Origin: Candidatus Bathyarchaeota archaeon
GTDB lineage: Archaea; Thermoproteota; Bathyarchaeia; Bathyarchaeales; Bathycorpusculaceae
Direction of reading: 5' to 3'
Assembly (NCBI GenBank): GCA_963826715.1
Contig: CAWGYA010000007.1
Location: 64,001 to 128,000, forward strand
Length of the DNA stretch: 64,000 nt
Shown here: positions 18,588 through 28,109 of the stretch, piece by piece
Layout of the letters: each line of letters opens with the position of its first letter
How positions within the stretch are numbered: the stretch's first letter is position 1
Program-made: the position numbers and the translations under genes
Notes under the pieces: model-generated
The model's database searches: none
What the model saw: the letters and a program-made list of their open reading frames with translations, nothing else
What the model was told of the DNA's origin: nothing

Positions 18588-20210
18588 GTGGGTACGGTTC
18601 CTGATGCGTATTTTCAGTTTGTGATGCATTACGCCCCCTACTATTACGTGGTTCCCACAAATTTGGCGGCAGATGCGGCTGCTGGGCAGAGAAACGTAAC
18701 TGTCACAGATGGTTCGAAGTTTCAAGCCGATTTTCCTGTTGAAATCAAAGATTCCGCTTATAGCGAGTGGGGCGAAGTTGAAAGCGTACTTGGAAACGTT
18801 GTAACACTCAAGAGTAATCTAGCCAACAGCTATTTTATTTCAAAGGATGGGCTTGTGGAGGGTCCTGACCCTGCGTTTGGTCGGGGTACTTTTGCTGCTG
18901 CGTTTGCCATAGAGTTTCTTTGTGAAGCCAACTCGGCGCCTCAATTTTCTGGGGTGCAAGCAGATATTTTAGCCAAGATTGTTAGTCTCTCGGATTGGCT
19001 GTTAACTCAGCAATGCACCGATATAGAGCGGACGGCGTATGGCGGCTTTAAGAGCGGGGAGTCATCGACTGATTATTGGAGTATTGATGCTGGCAGAGCT
19101 ATTCCCGCACTGCTGAAGGCTTACGAGGCGACGGCAACGGCTGAATACTTGGATGCAGTAAAGTTGGCGGGCTATCCTTTTCTATACAATATGCAGCGGT
19201 TGCCGGTGGTTTTGGGTTTGCATGACTGCTACTATGGCGGCTTTGCTTCCTATGTTACCATCGGTGACGGCTGGGAGGCGTCGATGTATGTCGAGAATCT
19301 CTATTGCCTCATAGGCTTAAAGATGCTCGCCGACACCTACGACACCACAAACGCTCCAACCTACAATAGCGTGATGAGTGACGCGGCTGCTTTTCTTCGA
19401 GACGGCTTAGAGGGGCTTTGGCTTTATTTCTATCCGTTGCCCTCTGGGGATGGCGCTTGGCACCGGGTCGGCTTGAATGGCACCGAGGTTTATGATGACC
19501 CGATAAGTTTCGCCCTGCTGGGTTTGTACACTTATGAGGGATGGACGGCTAGTTGCCAACGTGTCTATAACAGCGTGCAGAGTATCAAGGCAAGCGGTCA
19601 ATATCCCGCATATGTTCCTGATGTTTGCTGGCCCGGCTACATAGACGTGGTTTCAAGGTTTCCCGCCTGCAGCTACTATGACGGCGTCACCATTGGGATT
19701 TTGTGGAAAATCCGAAGAGACCGCGACCCTCCAGGCTACAAGTTAGCCCATGACATTGCTGAGAAGTACGCCGATGAATTCATGAATTGGGGGCCAATCT
19801 TCACGGATTATATTCCGATTACGCCTGCCAAAGCTATGGCGAATGTAAGCTGGATCGCCAGGATGTTTCTAAACTATCAAGAGCCTGCAACCCAATTTAT
19901 GAGGATTCTTAAAAGTAAGGGTGAAGCGGTTCTACTTTATCCAGTGCGCCAAGCTGTGGAAAGCGTTGATTACGGCGATCCTCTTGAGTTGATCGCTCTA
20001 TTTTCTCAGCTCAAAGCTGAACAGGTCCTCATAGAGCCCGGGTACTACATGAATGACTATTTGGCGTTCTACACGTTTCTGCCCGTGCGCAGTCATGACA
20101 AGATCAGGCGGCAAGGCGAGGACTACGAGGTGCAAACTGTGTCGCCTTCTACTTTTGGTAATCAGCGGCTTTACTTCAAGAGCCTGGCAAGGAGGTTGCT
20201 TACTAGTTGA
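18588..20210 (+). CDS. Multidomain neck protein: beta domain, (alpha/alpha)6-barrel-like domain and C-terminal head-closure-like domain
   Basis: GTG start after GGAGG. WLLTQQ..YGGF and IDAGRAIPALLKAYEAT...YLDA resemble toroid repeats. C-terminal DKIRRQGEDYEVQTV is typical of head-closure proteins. Confidence 0.6.
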   Translation: MGTVPDAYFQFVMHYAPYYYVVPTNLAADAAAGQRNVTVTDGSKFQADFPVEIKDSAYSEWGEVESVLGNVVTLKSNLANSYFISKDGLVEGPDPAFGRGTFAAAFAIEFLCEANSAPQFSGVQADILAKIVSLSDWLLTQQCTDIERTAYGGFKSGESSTDYWSIDAGRAIPALLKAYEATATAEYLDAVKLAGYPFLYNMQRLPVVLGLHDCYYGGFASYVTIGDGWEASMYVENLYCLIGLKMLADTYDTTNAPTYNSVMSDAAAFLRDGLEGLWLYFYPLPSGDGAWHRVGLNGTEVYDDPISFALLGLYTYEGWTASCQRVYNSVQSIKASGQYPAYVPDVCWPGYIDVVSRFPACSYYDGVTIGILWKIRRDRDPPGYKLAHDIAEKYADEFMNWGPIFTDYIPITPAKAMANVSWIARMFLNYQEPATQFMRILKSKGEAVLLYPVRQAVESVDYGDPLELIALFSQLKAEQVLIEPGYYMNDYLAFYTFLPVRSHDKIRRQGEDYEVQTVSPSTFGNQRLYFKSLARRLLTS

Positions 20211-21205
20211 GTGAGTTAGAAGATCCCGTAGCTACCTTGTTGAGGCTGATTAATAGTCGAATTCGAATAACCAAAGACAACGGTGATGCTGCTAAGTTGT
20301 TGGCTACGGAGGCAGCGTTTGACCGCGAAATACTGCTCAAAGAGTATGACGCCCAAATTACTCTTCAAGTTGACCCTGTTTTAGGCGTTCAAGACCAAAA
20401 GCTAAACCTTTCTGGTAGCAAAAGGCGTTTGGTGCATTTCTTCAAGTGCACGGTTCACTCTATCGATAAGACTGCTCCTGGTGCTGATGTAGGCAGGGTC
20501 ATGCGCAACAAGGTCACTGAGCAGATTAAAGCGATTATCCGCGAGAACAGAACCTTGCCCTATGAGACGGCTTATAATTTTGCTGGGCTCGGCTATCCAT
20601 CAGGTGACCCGCATAAGGCGTATTCTGTGGGTGCCGCCTCGGAGTTGGCGCCGTCCGCTGCGGGTTGGGCTGAGCTTTCAGCTGTGGGTTATCAAGACAT
20701 TTGGTACAGCAACAATGTCCGCTATTCTAAGAGTGCAGCCGTTAACAATCAGTATGGCTTGATGTTGTTTAGGTTCAAGGTTGGGTCTAGAGAGCAATGC
20801 GTCAAGTCTTTGGTGCTGAGTTTTGAAGGCTATGGCACTGCACCTGGTGGCAACGGTGTAACGGTTAAGGTTTGGAATCATGTCACGGGTGCTTGGCAGT
20901 ATGCGCAATATGGAACCGCAGCCGCAGACGAAGCCCTGGCAATTACGATTTCGGCGAACTGGACAGATTACGTGGACTCTGACGACTATGTTTGGATGAT
21001 TGCCCGAACCACAAATCCCAGCAACGGCATAACCCCCGCCGTGCTCCACTGTGACTTTGTGCAGTTGATCGTTCAGGTTCGGGGAATCACTAACTGCGAC
21101 GTCGTGAGCTACAAGCTCATAGATGTTGTTGAGGTTAAGCCGTTTCTCTTCAAAACTGAGTTGGTATTGAAGGGTTGGGCTTTTGAGGACATAACTTTAG
21201 GCTAA
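20207..21205 (+). CDS. Putative tail terminator with inserted beta-sandwich domain
   Basis: Directly precedes the tail tube gene; terminator-sized N- and C-terminal parts flank an aromatic-rich beta insert. Confidence 0.5.
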   Translation: MSELEDPVATLLRLINSRIRITKDNGDAAKLLATEAAFDREILLKEYDAQITLQVDPVLGVQDQKLNLSGSKRRLVHFFKCTVHSIDKTAPGADVGRVMRNKVTEQIKAIIRENRTLPYETAYNFAGLGYPSGDPHKAYSVGAASELAPSAAGWAELSAVGYQDIWYSNNVRYSKSAAVNNQYGLMLFRFKVGSREQCVKSLVLSFEGYGTAPGGNGVTVKVWNHVTGAWQYAQYGTAAADEALAITISANWTDYVDSDDYVWMIARTTNPSNGITPAVLHCDFVQLIVQVRGITNCDVVSYKLIDVVEVKPFLFKTELVLKGWAFEDITLG

Positions 21206-21211
21206 TGGAGT

Positions 21212-22090
21212 ATGCAAAGAATGGTTGAAACCTATAGCGCAGACCAAGAACGCATCTACTACATAGCGGAAGCAACCAAAGGCACAACGCCAACAGTGAC
21301 ACCCGCAATGCTTGGAGTGCCCCATGAATCAATCAACCCAGGCTTTAACCCGAGCAATCTGCTGCTGCGAAGCGGCGGAAACTATGACCTCTTTGCCATC
21401 AAAAAAGGCGTTCGCGTGCCCTCTCTCAAAGTTGCCTATATTGTGCCCTCGGCAGCGCCGATCGACCTGTTGCAATACACCAAGATAGACCTGGATAAGA
21501 CCTTGAGCGTTCAAGCATTATACTATAAAGGCTCTTGGGCATCAGCAACCGACATCATTTCACTGCTATACAACTACATGCGGATTGGCAAGGCCAGCGT
21601 TACCTGCGAAATTGATGATGTTCTCAAAGCCAGTCTGGAAATGGTAGGTCAGAACCTCATTACGGGCACGGCAAAACTGACTGATGCAACTTACACGGAT
21701 TATGCGGGTGCAGTGGCATTCAACGAAACCGATGTTACCATTGGGGGAGCTGCAAACGATCGGGTTGTAAGCTGGAAATTCGACGTAAACAACAATCCTA
21801 AACAGGTGCCCGTTATCCGCAGCACCAACGGCTATCTAGCCAAATACATTCCTTTTGGCAATCGGCAACTAAGCGGTGAAGTTCGCTTTGAGTTTGAGAG
21901 CAAAGCAGAGATGGACAATGCCCTCGCTGATACCGAGTTCAACATTCGTTTTGGGCTTGGCGGTACCGCGTATGCTCAGATGGAGGCGGCCAAATGGAGT
22001 AACATAACCAGCGAGAAGTGGCTTGACGACTTAATCGCGGTTAGGGCACAGTTTGACGCAAAAGGACCGCTTAGCATAGCGGCAAGCTAA
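21212..22090 (+). CDS. Major tail tube protein
   Basis: Y..E.T.GTTP near the N-terminus, F.VNNN and G.R.LSGEV.FEF tube motifs. Confidence 0.82.
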   Translation: MQRMVETYSADQERIYYIAEATKGTTPTVTPAMLGVPHESINPGFNPSNLLLRSGGNYDLFAIKKGVRVPSLKVAYIVPSAAPIDLLQYTKIDLDKTLSVQALYYKGSWASATDIISLLYNYMRIGKASVTCEIDDVLKASLEMVGQNLITGTAKLTDATYTDYAGAVAFNETDVTIGGAANDRVVSWKFDVNNNPKQVPVIRSTNGYLAKYIPFGNRQLSGEVRFEFESKAEMDNALADTEFNIRFGLGGTAYAQMEAAKWSNITSEKWLDDLIAVRAQFDAKGPLSIAAS

Positions 22091-22103
22091 TGGTGATCTA
22101 AAA

Positions 22104-22627
22104 ATGGAGACTGCAAAAGTAAAAATCGATAAGCGTTTTGGCGAGCAATTTGTAGGCGACTATGAATTCCGCCAAATTACCCAGGGAGAATACGAGCGGG
22201 TACTCGTTAGCTATATGGATTCAGCGGGCAAAGTTCCAAAAACGGATATTCTCAAAGTTAACCGGGAATGCCTCTGGATGTCACTTGTTAGCCAGCCCGC
22301 CTCAAAACCTCTCTTTAAAGACCTCATAGTTCAAGGGCGACTCCCCTATGGTCTCAGCTTAAAGTTGCAGGAAGTCTACGATAACGTCAATGGCATTGAG
22401 ATGGATGAGCAGCGTTTTTTATCATCGCCATTCGAGGAAAACGACCAAACCCAAGGCTCACAAAGTTCGTTATGTGTGAGCGATTCGGCTGGACAGAGCA
22501 AGAATACAATGCCACAAGCAGACAGACAATTGTAGAGTTCTCCACTATCTTGCGAACTTTAGATGAGATGGCAGAAGGCGAAGCAAAAAAAGCAGAACAG
22601 GAAAAAAGAAAATGTCCGTCGAAGTAG
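22104..22627 (+). CDS. Tail assembly chaperone G (22104..22535) and -1 frameshifted GT form (to 22627)
   Basis: T_TTT_TTA at 22415-22421 is in phase. The -1 frame reads FFIIAIRGKRPNPRLTKFVMCERFGWTEQEY...CPSK stop. Confidence 0.8.
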
Positions 22628-22980
22628 ACTTTGATATTCAAGGTGTGGACGAATTTGTTGCGGCAATGCAGCGCCTTGACAAGGCTATGCAGGAGAGGGT
22701 CCGCGTTTGGCTCTACGATTGGGCGCAGCGATTAGTTGCTGAGGCGAAACGTAGTGCTCCTGTACGCACGGGTTATCTTCAAAGCAAAATCTACGCTATG
22801 GCACATGAATGGGTCGTAGAAATTGGAGCAGGGGCAGCTTATAGCTACTTTGTGGAATTCGGCACCCGCTACATGTCTGCTCACCCATTTCTGTATCCTG
22901 CAGTGCAAGCGTTTCTTCCCGAGTTAGAGACTAACATCGTAGGTGCCATTGAGCAAGCAAAAGCGGAGGCTGGATTGTGA
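22612..22980 (+). CDS. HK97 gp10-like tail-completion protein
   Basis: AKRSAPVRTGYLQSKI, YSYFVEFGTRYMSAHPFLYPA. Confidence 0.9.
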   Translation: MSVEVDFDIQGVDEFVAAMQRLDKAMQERVRVWLYDWAQRLVAEAKRSAPVRTGYLQSKIYAMAHEWVVEIGAGAAYSYFVEFGTRYMSAHPFLYPAVQAFLPELETNIVGAIEQAKAEAGL

Positions 22981-23519
22981 GTTTTAGAGAAATAACCCTA
23001 TCTATTCGGGCAATCAACCGAGCAAGCAGCGAGTTTAATCGTATTCAAACAGACGCCGAACTTATGACAGCCCGCATCAAAAGCTTTGGAGCTGCCCTAG
23101 CTGGCATAGGCGCAGCAGGCACAGCCATCGGATACCTGGCTAACCAATTTGGGATTTTAAACGATGAGCAAACCAAAGTCTTCACAGGCACCATGATGCT
23201 TGTCTCAGTTATGGGCATGTTTCTGCGTACAAGCACCGGGTTAGCCGTAGCCCAAAAAGTCTATGCCGCCGCTTGCGCGTTTGCAACGGCAATCCAAAAC
23301 GCCCTAAACATCAGTTACGCAACCTTCCTGGCGCTTACTGGTGTGGGCATTGCTGTGATTGCCGCTGCCGCTGTAGCTATGTATGCCTTCGCCAGTAGCA
23401 TGAATACAGCAACGGCAAGCGTGCAGAACTTTAATGCTTCGGCAGCCGAGACGCCGACCAGAGTTAAAGGCATTACTCGTGCAGGAGACGCTGAGCTTGC
23501 TAGGCGAGGGATTGAGTAA
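22977..23519 (+). CDS. Very short tape measure protein
   Basis: I.L.IRAINRAS N-terminus and Ala-rich amphipathic helices; lies between the chaperone/gp10 genes and the tail hub. Confidence 0.7.
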   Translation: MSFREITLSIRAINRASSEFNRIQTDAELMTARIKSFGAALAGIGAAGTAIGYLANQFGILNDEQTKVFTGTMMLVSVMGMFLRTSTGLAVAQKVYAAACAFATAIQNALNISYATFLALTGVGIAVIAAAAVAMYAFASSMNTATASVQNFNASAAETPTRVKGITRAGDAELARRGIE

Positions 23520-25904
23520 ATGTCCACCGCTACCCCAAGTATCGCCTTAGTTTTTGGCGCCATAGCCCCTCCACAAGCCGATGTCGTTGAGCTTCTGGTG
23601 CATTTAGGCTGTAGTAAAGAAGTCAGCAGCTACGACATCACATTGCACAATCATAATGGCAAGTACAGCCCAAACGGCGCTTACCCCATAACCGTGGGGA
23701 TGGATGGCTCAATTAGCTTAGGGCGAACGCCCAATTGCCCGTTGCTTATGACGTTGCGGGTTGAAAAAGTCCACTATCAAAGCTCGCCTATAGAAAGCTA
23801 CTTGACTGTTTCTGGGCGCTGCTGGGGTGAGCGGCTGTTTCGGCGAGTAGTTACGGCAACTTATTCGGGCTTGAAGGGCGAGGAAATTGTTAAGGACCTG
23901 ATGGATTATTATGCGGGTCTTAGCCACAATAGAAGCGGCGTTGAACTCGTCGAAAACACAGACACGCCCTATACAGAGCTCAAACCCGAGGATTCACCTC
24001 TCTGGGACATACTCAAGTACGTTGCCGAATCAGCCGACAAAGCAGGCATAATAGGCTATGATTTTCGGGTTGCACCTGACGGCAAATTCGAGTTTTTCCC
24101 CAAACTCTCCAAAACAAACTCCACTGTAATCACCGAAAACATCGATACTACTGCAGAGTACGAAAAAGACATCACTCGCGTAAGAAACAAAGTTGTCGTC
24201 TACGGCTTAGCCGACAAAAGCTATCCTTCAAACAAAGTTGACTGGACAAATAGCCTAACGCCTTCGGATGGTTCTTGGAGCGGCTCAATAGGCACAGCAA
24301 GTCTTGACGCAACCGCAAACCCCACTGGCGGCGCTTGCATAAAACTCTCTGTTACCAGTAACTACGTAGGAGTGGTTGACCTTGACCTCGCTGCAGGCCA
24401 TGAAGTTAACTTTGATGCCTACCCCGTTCTGGATTTGCAGCTAAAAATTCAGGACACCTTTGCAGGAACAGGCTTCATTCTGCTAATGGACACTACAGGC
24501 AAATTTGCCTCCAAAACCATCTCTATTTCTCCAGACGAAGCCTTTCACGTTTTTGAGACTGGCGCTGGGTCGGCTTATGTTAATCAATGGGAGCGGGTTG
24601 ACTTAGGCTTTAATTGGGTTGCCGTCCAGAAAATTAGGGTTTCACTTGGCTTTTCAGGTGTTGGTAGCGGAAACTTTTGGGTCTATGCCCTCTACGCTGG
24701 GGGTCGCCGCTACTCTGGCGTTGCCGAAAGCACACCAAGCCAAACTGCCTATGGTCTGCGGGAATATGTGGAGGTTGATGAGGAACTTTGGAGCGATAGC
24801 GAATGTATTAGGCGGGCGTCTGCGCTTTTGGCGTATCTCAAAGACCCCGCCGAGCACTTGCACATAGTTAGCACCGTTTTAGATTATGGGACGTCGCCGA
24901 TTAAGGCAGGCGATAAAGTACACGCAGAGCTCCCAACGGAGGGCGTCAACAGTGACTTTAGAGCTGAAAGCGTTGAGTATCGGGTGCCAAAAGAGGACCC
25001 AACAAAGCTGGAAATAACTTTGGAGCTTGGCAAGGAACCGCCGCACCTAGCCGATTACCTCTATGGTCTACGTACCCACACGCCTAACGTTGAGAAGCTC
25101 AGCAGAACAAAGCTTGGCAAAAGAGGCGCTCCAATCGCCACGGGCGGCAGTGTATTAGGTGCCTCTCGGTTTACAACAAACGTTGAAGTCGATAAAACCT
25201 CCCCCGCGTTTAACTTGTTTATTTCAGGCGTTCATAAGGCTGCGTTTGGGCATGATGGAGCGAACACTTTTTTGGCAGCCATGGCGGGCGATCTTATTTT
25301 GGAATCAGCCATAAATCATTTAATCCGCCCCAACAGCGACGGCAGCGACGACCTTGGCAATGGTACCTTCCGCTTTGGCTCAGCGCACTTGAAGAATAAT
25401 CTATTTGTGGCCGGCGGGGAAGTAATCGCCAACACAGGCAGAATTAACATGTGGTCGATGCCGCGAGATACCTCTGGTTTGGTGCTTGAAGCCCAGGGAG
25501 CAGGCAACTATCCTATGTATGTAGACCCCAACGGCAGATATGCACCCGCCGCCCACAATCACGCCAACATGTACCCTGCAGGAGGAAACAATACCGGGTC
25601 ATGTGGGGACACATCGACTTATTGGCATGTGGTTGCAGGCGATAGCGTCTGGTACAATGCCCTTGGACACATGGACATGATAGATGACCTAGCTGCCATC
25701 AAGAAAATAAAACCCAGTGAAAGGACCGACAAAAAGGGTGTACCGTTAATTGATGCTAACTCTCTGCCTGAAGAGGTGCGATCTGGTGAGGGTTTAATTC
25801 ATGCTGGTCATTTGATGGGTCTAGCTCTGGGCGCTATCAGACAATTGAACGCTAAAGTTGACACTTTAGAAAAAGAGCTAAAGATGCTGCGGTGTGCTCA
25901 ATAG
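23520..25904 (+). CDS. Tail hub/tip protein with carbohydrate-binding-like insert, spike region and C-terminal intramolecular-chaperone-like coiled-coil
   Basis: Hub pattern (GRCWG..LF, YDFRV..DG..EF, RVRNKV.V.G, YGLRE); C-terminal L..I....P...GL.......L..AI.QL..KV..LE. Confidence 0.75.
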   Translation: MSTATPSIALVFGAIAPPQADVVELLVHLGCSKEVSSYDITLHNHNGKYSPNGAYPITVGMDGSISLGRTPNCPLLMTLRVEKVHYQSSPIESYLTVSGRCWGERLFRRVVTATYSGLKGEEIVKDLMDYYAGLSHNRSGVELVENTDTPYTELKPEDSPLWDILKYVAESADKAGIIGYDFRVAPDGKFEFFPKLSKTNSTVITENIDTTAEYEKDITRVRNKVVVYGLADKSYPSNKVDWTNSLTPSDGSWSGSIGTASLDATANPTGGACIKLSVTSNYVGVVDLDLAAGHEVNFDAYPVLDLQLKIQDTFAGTGFILLMDTTGKFASKTISISPDEAFHVFETGAGSAYVNQWERVDLGFNWVAVQKIRVSLGFSGVGSGNFWVYALYAGGRRYSGVAESTPSQTAYGLREYVEVDEELWSDSECIRRASALLAYLKDPAEHLHIVSTVLDYGTSPIKAGDKVHAELPTEGVNSDFRAESVEYRVPKEDPTKLEITLELGKEPPHLADYLYGLRTHTPNVEKLSRTKLGKRGAPIATGGSVLGASRFTTNVEVDKTSPAFNLFISGVHKAAFGHDGANTFLAAMAGDLILESAINHLIRPNSDGSDDLGNGTFRFGSAHLKNNLFVAGGEVIANTGRINMWSMPRDTSGLVLEAQGAGNYPMYVDPNGRYAPAAHNHANMYPAGGNNTGSCGDTSTYWHVVAGDSVWYNALGHMDMIDDLAAIKKIKPSERTDKKGVPLIDANSLPEEVRSGEGLIHAGHLMGLALGAIRQLNAKVDTLEKELKMLRCAQ

Positions 25905-26038
25905 TAACTGGCTGGCACAAAAGATTCCGCAATACGTCGAAGAAAAATGAACTGCTCGGTTATGTCGATTGCTTAGTTAAGGTTTCTTGACGAAAACACC
26001 TATAAAACGAAAGCGTTCTATCAATCTTCAGATAAAAC

Positions 26039-26980
26039 ATGAGAGCACATATTGCTTTACTTACGATCTGTCTCATTGTCTCTCTTTCAAGCCTTGCACT
26101 ACCTGTTAAAGCTCAAGAATTAGAACCGCTCAACCTAACAATCAAGCCAGATGGAAGCATTGAACCAGACACCGATGTTATTTGGCTTCAAAGAAACGGA
26201 AGCACATACACCTTTGTAGTAGATATTCTTGCTACCATAACAGTTCAAAGAGCAGGAATTACAATAGACGGAGCAGGACATACCCTTCAAGGCAACTCCA
26301 AATCATCAGGCCTCGGAGGGATAAATTTGGTTGGACATGACGAGACATTCAACGCTTACGGCAACGTCTTAGTGAAGAATCTTCGAATCATCGATTTCTT
26401 TGAAGGCATACGCACCCCCTCAAATAACAACAGCTTCATCGGCAACCGCTTTGAGAACACACGCATCCACATCCTGGGGGGACCAGCAGGAAACGTCGTA
26501 AAAAACAACTTTTTCATAAACTCAGAAATTTTTGTCGATTACAACTACGGAGGACACGATGCCATAACTGAAAACAACTTCTTTGACAGCAACATACTTG
26601 TTGATTTAGCGGATCCACCATCTGTGGATAGGAATTACTGGAGCAACTACACAACCAAATATTCTAACGCCACCCAAGTTGAAGGGCTGGGAATCTGGAA
26701 CACACCCTACGTAGATGATACTTACGCGTGGGCAACTGGCAGAAGTATTGACTACCATCCGTTAGTCAGCCCAATAACCGATTTCAAGATTCCCAACTTT
26801 GGCATCCTTGCAATGCCGACTTTGACACCTTACCCAACTATTAATACTGGTCCAGAGCCACCCAAGACAGACTTTCTTCTACCAATCTTAGTCATAGCCT
26901 CCATAGTGGCAGTGGCTGCTTTGGGTGCGGGTTTGATAGTTTATAGAAATAAACGTAAACATGTCTTAGCCGCTGGATAA
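26039..26980 (+). CDS. Secreted beta-helix (NosD-like) surface protein with TM anchor (cargo)
   Basis: Signal peptide, IKPDGSI, TIDGAGHTLQG, NYWSNY, D..PL, C-terminal TM helix and basic tail. Confidence 0.85.
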   Translation: MRAHIALLTICLIVSLSSLALPVKAQELEPLNLTIKPDGSIEPDTDVIWLQRNGSTYTFVVDILATITVQRAGITIDGAGHTLQGNSKSSGLGGINLVGHDETFNAYGNVLVKNLRIIDFFEGIRTPSNNNSFIGNRFENTRIHILGGPAGNVVKNNFFINSEIFVDYNYGGHDAITENNFFDSNILVDLADPPSVDRNYWSNYTTKYSNATQVEGLGIWNTPYVDDTYAWATGRSIDYHPLVSPITDFKIPNFGILAMPTLTPYPTINTGPEPPKTDFLLPILVIASIVAVAALGAGLIVYRNKRKHVLAAG

Positions 26981-27140
26981 TATTCCTTCTATCTTACAGT
27001 ATTTCGTTAGCTGACATTTTTCGTAGGACTTTTTTTGGTGCGAGCTGAGCGATTGCTCTTCTTCCCTCATGGAACTTAAATTTCGAATTCTAATTTTGAT
27101 CTGATTTTTCCTGTTAATGCTTCTTGGAGGTGAGTTTTGT

Positions 27141-27335
27141 TTGGTTGATGAGATAGAGGTATCTGAGAATAAGGAAGCCCTGATCGTTTTGGCTGGCACC
27201 GTTGCGGGTGCTGCTACTTCGTTTGTTGCTTCTTTGCCGATTCCGCTGGAGATTAAGGCTCCGGCTGCTGCGTTAGCATCCACTGTGACGGGTGCGATTC
27301 TGCTTTACTGGAAAAACAAAGTTAACAAGCAGTAA
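27141..27335 (+). CDS. Small two-TM protein (holin-like candidate)
   Basis: Strong GGAGGTGA SD before TTG; two hydrophobic helices and a basic C-terminus. Confidence 0.55.
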   Translation: MVDEIEVSENKEALIVLAGTVAGAATSFVASLPIPLEIKAPAAALASTVTGAILLYWKNKVNKQ

Positions 27336-27499
27336 GCATCCACTCTTCTTTCTTTTTTATTCTTTTCAGTCTTTTTTTTGGCATTTAAATTACTGTTTTA
27401 GCGGAAGCTATTTACGACGTACGTCAGAAGGTTAAGGTTGCAAGTTTATCAAGAATAAAAACAACAAAATTTAAACAGTTATCATGTTACTTCTTTAGC

Positions 27500-27823
27500 A
27501 TGGTTCGGAAGCCTGCGCCTAAAATATTCGTTTCAAACGAACTTGCCGAATGCTTAGAGAAGCTCAGGCCAGAACACAAGATTATCAGATGGATTAACGA
27601 TATGACGGGAGTCCTTAAGGAAAATATGTACGCTGGCGAATTGATCAGGAAAAGTCAGATCCCAAAACAATACATTGACAGGTACAACGTGAACAACCTT
27701 TATCGCTATAGTCACCCTGAAGGGTTCCGCTCATGCTACACAATTCTGAACGGTTGCCCATACATTCTGGACATTATGTCGCATCCTGAATATGATAAAG
27801 TGTTTGGGTATAAGACAACCTAA
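27500..27823 (+). CDS. RelE/ParE-like toxin candidate
   Basis: G..I...QIP..Y...Y..NNLYR....G.R..YT....ILDI..H..YDK.FGY pattern. Confidence 0.55.
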   Translation: MVRKPAPKIFVSNELAECLEKLRPEHKIIRWINDMTGVLKENMYAGELIRKSQIPKQYIDRYNVNNLYRYSHPEGFRSCYTILNGCPYILDIMSHPEYDKVFGYKTT

Positions 27824-27827
27824 ATGG

Positions 27828-28109
27828 TTAAGGGATTCTCACGCTTGACTTTATCAAGGCTTCCAGTTTAGGATTGTTGACTCCAGTGTAAATTATGCTG
27901 GCTCTATCGAAGCTGATTTTTCCAGAGGCTTCCAGATAATCCAGAATACGTTTGAACGTCTGGTACTGCATTTTTCTGGGTAAACTTTTCCAGAGCTCAG
28001 TTCTTGTGGGATACTCTGTGGCGTTAATTATGGCTTTTTCTACCATCAGGATAGTGTCTAGTTTGGGTTCGTGGAGAACCTCAGTTCGTATGTTTGCCAT
28101 ATCTCTCAC
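27828..28109 (-). CDS. wHTH protein, putative antitoxin partner
   Basis: PKLDTILMVEK...ELWKSLPRKMQYQTF..ILDYLE.SGKI; convergent with the toxin candidate. Confidence 0.55.
   Translation of the reverse strand: MRDMANIRTEVLHEPKLDTILMVEKAIINATEYPTRTELWKSLPRKMQYQTFKRILDYLEASGKISFDRASIIYTGVNNPKLEALIKSSVRIP

Noticed and set aside
23520-25904. Diversity-generating retroelement target
   Set aside because: No reverse transcriptase and no template/variable repeat pair seen in the window.
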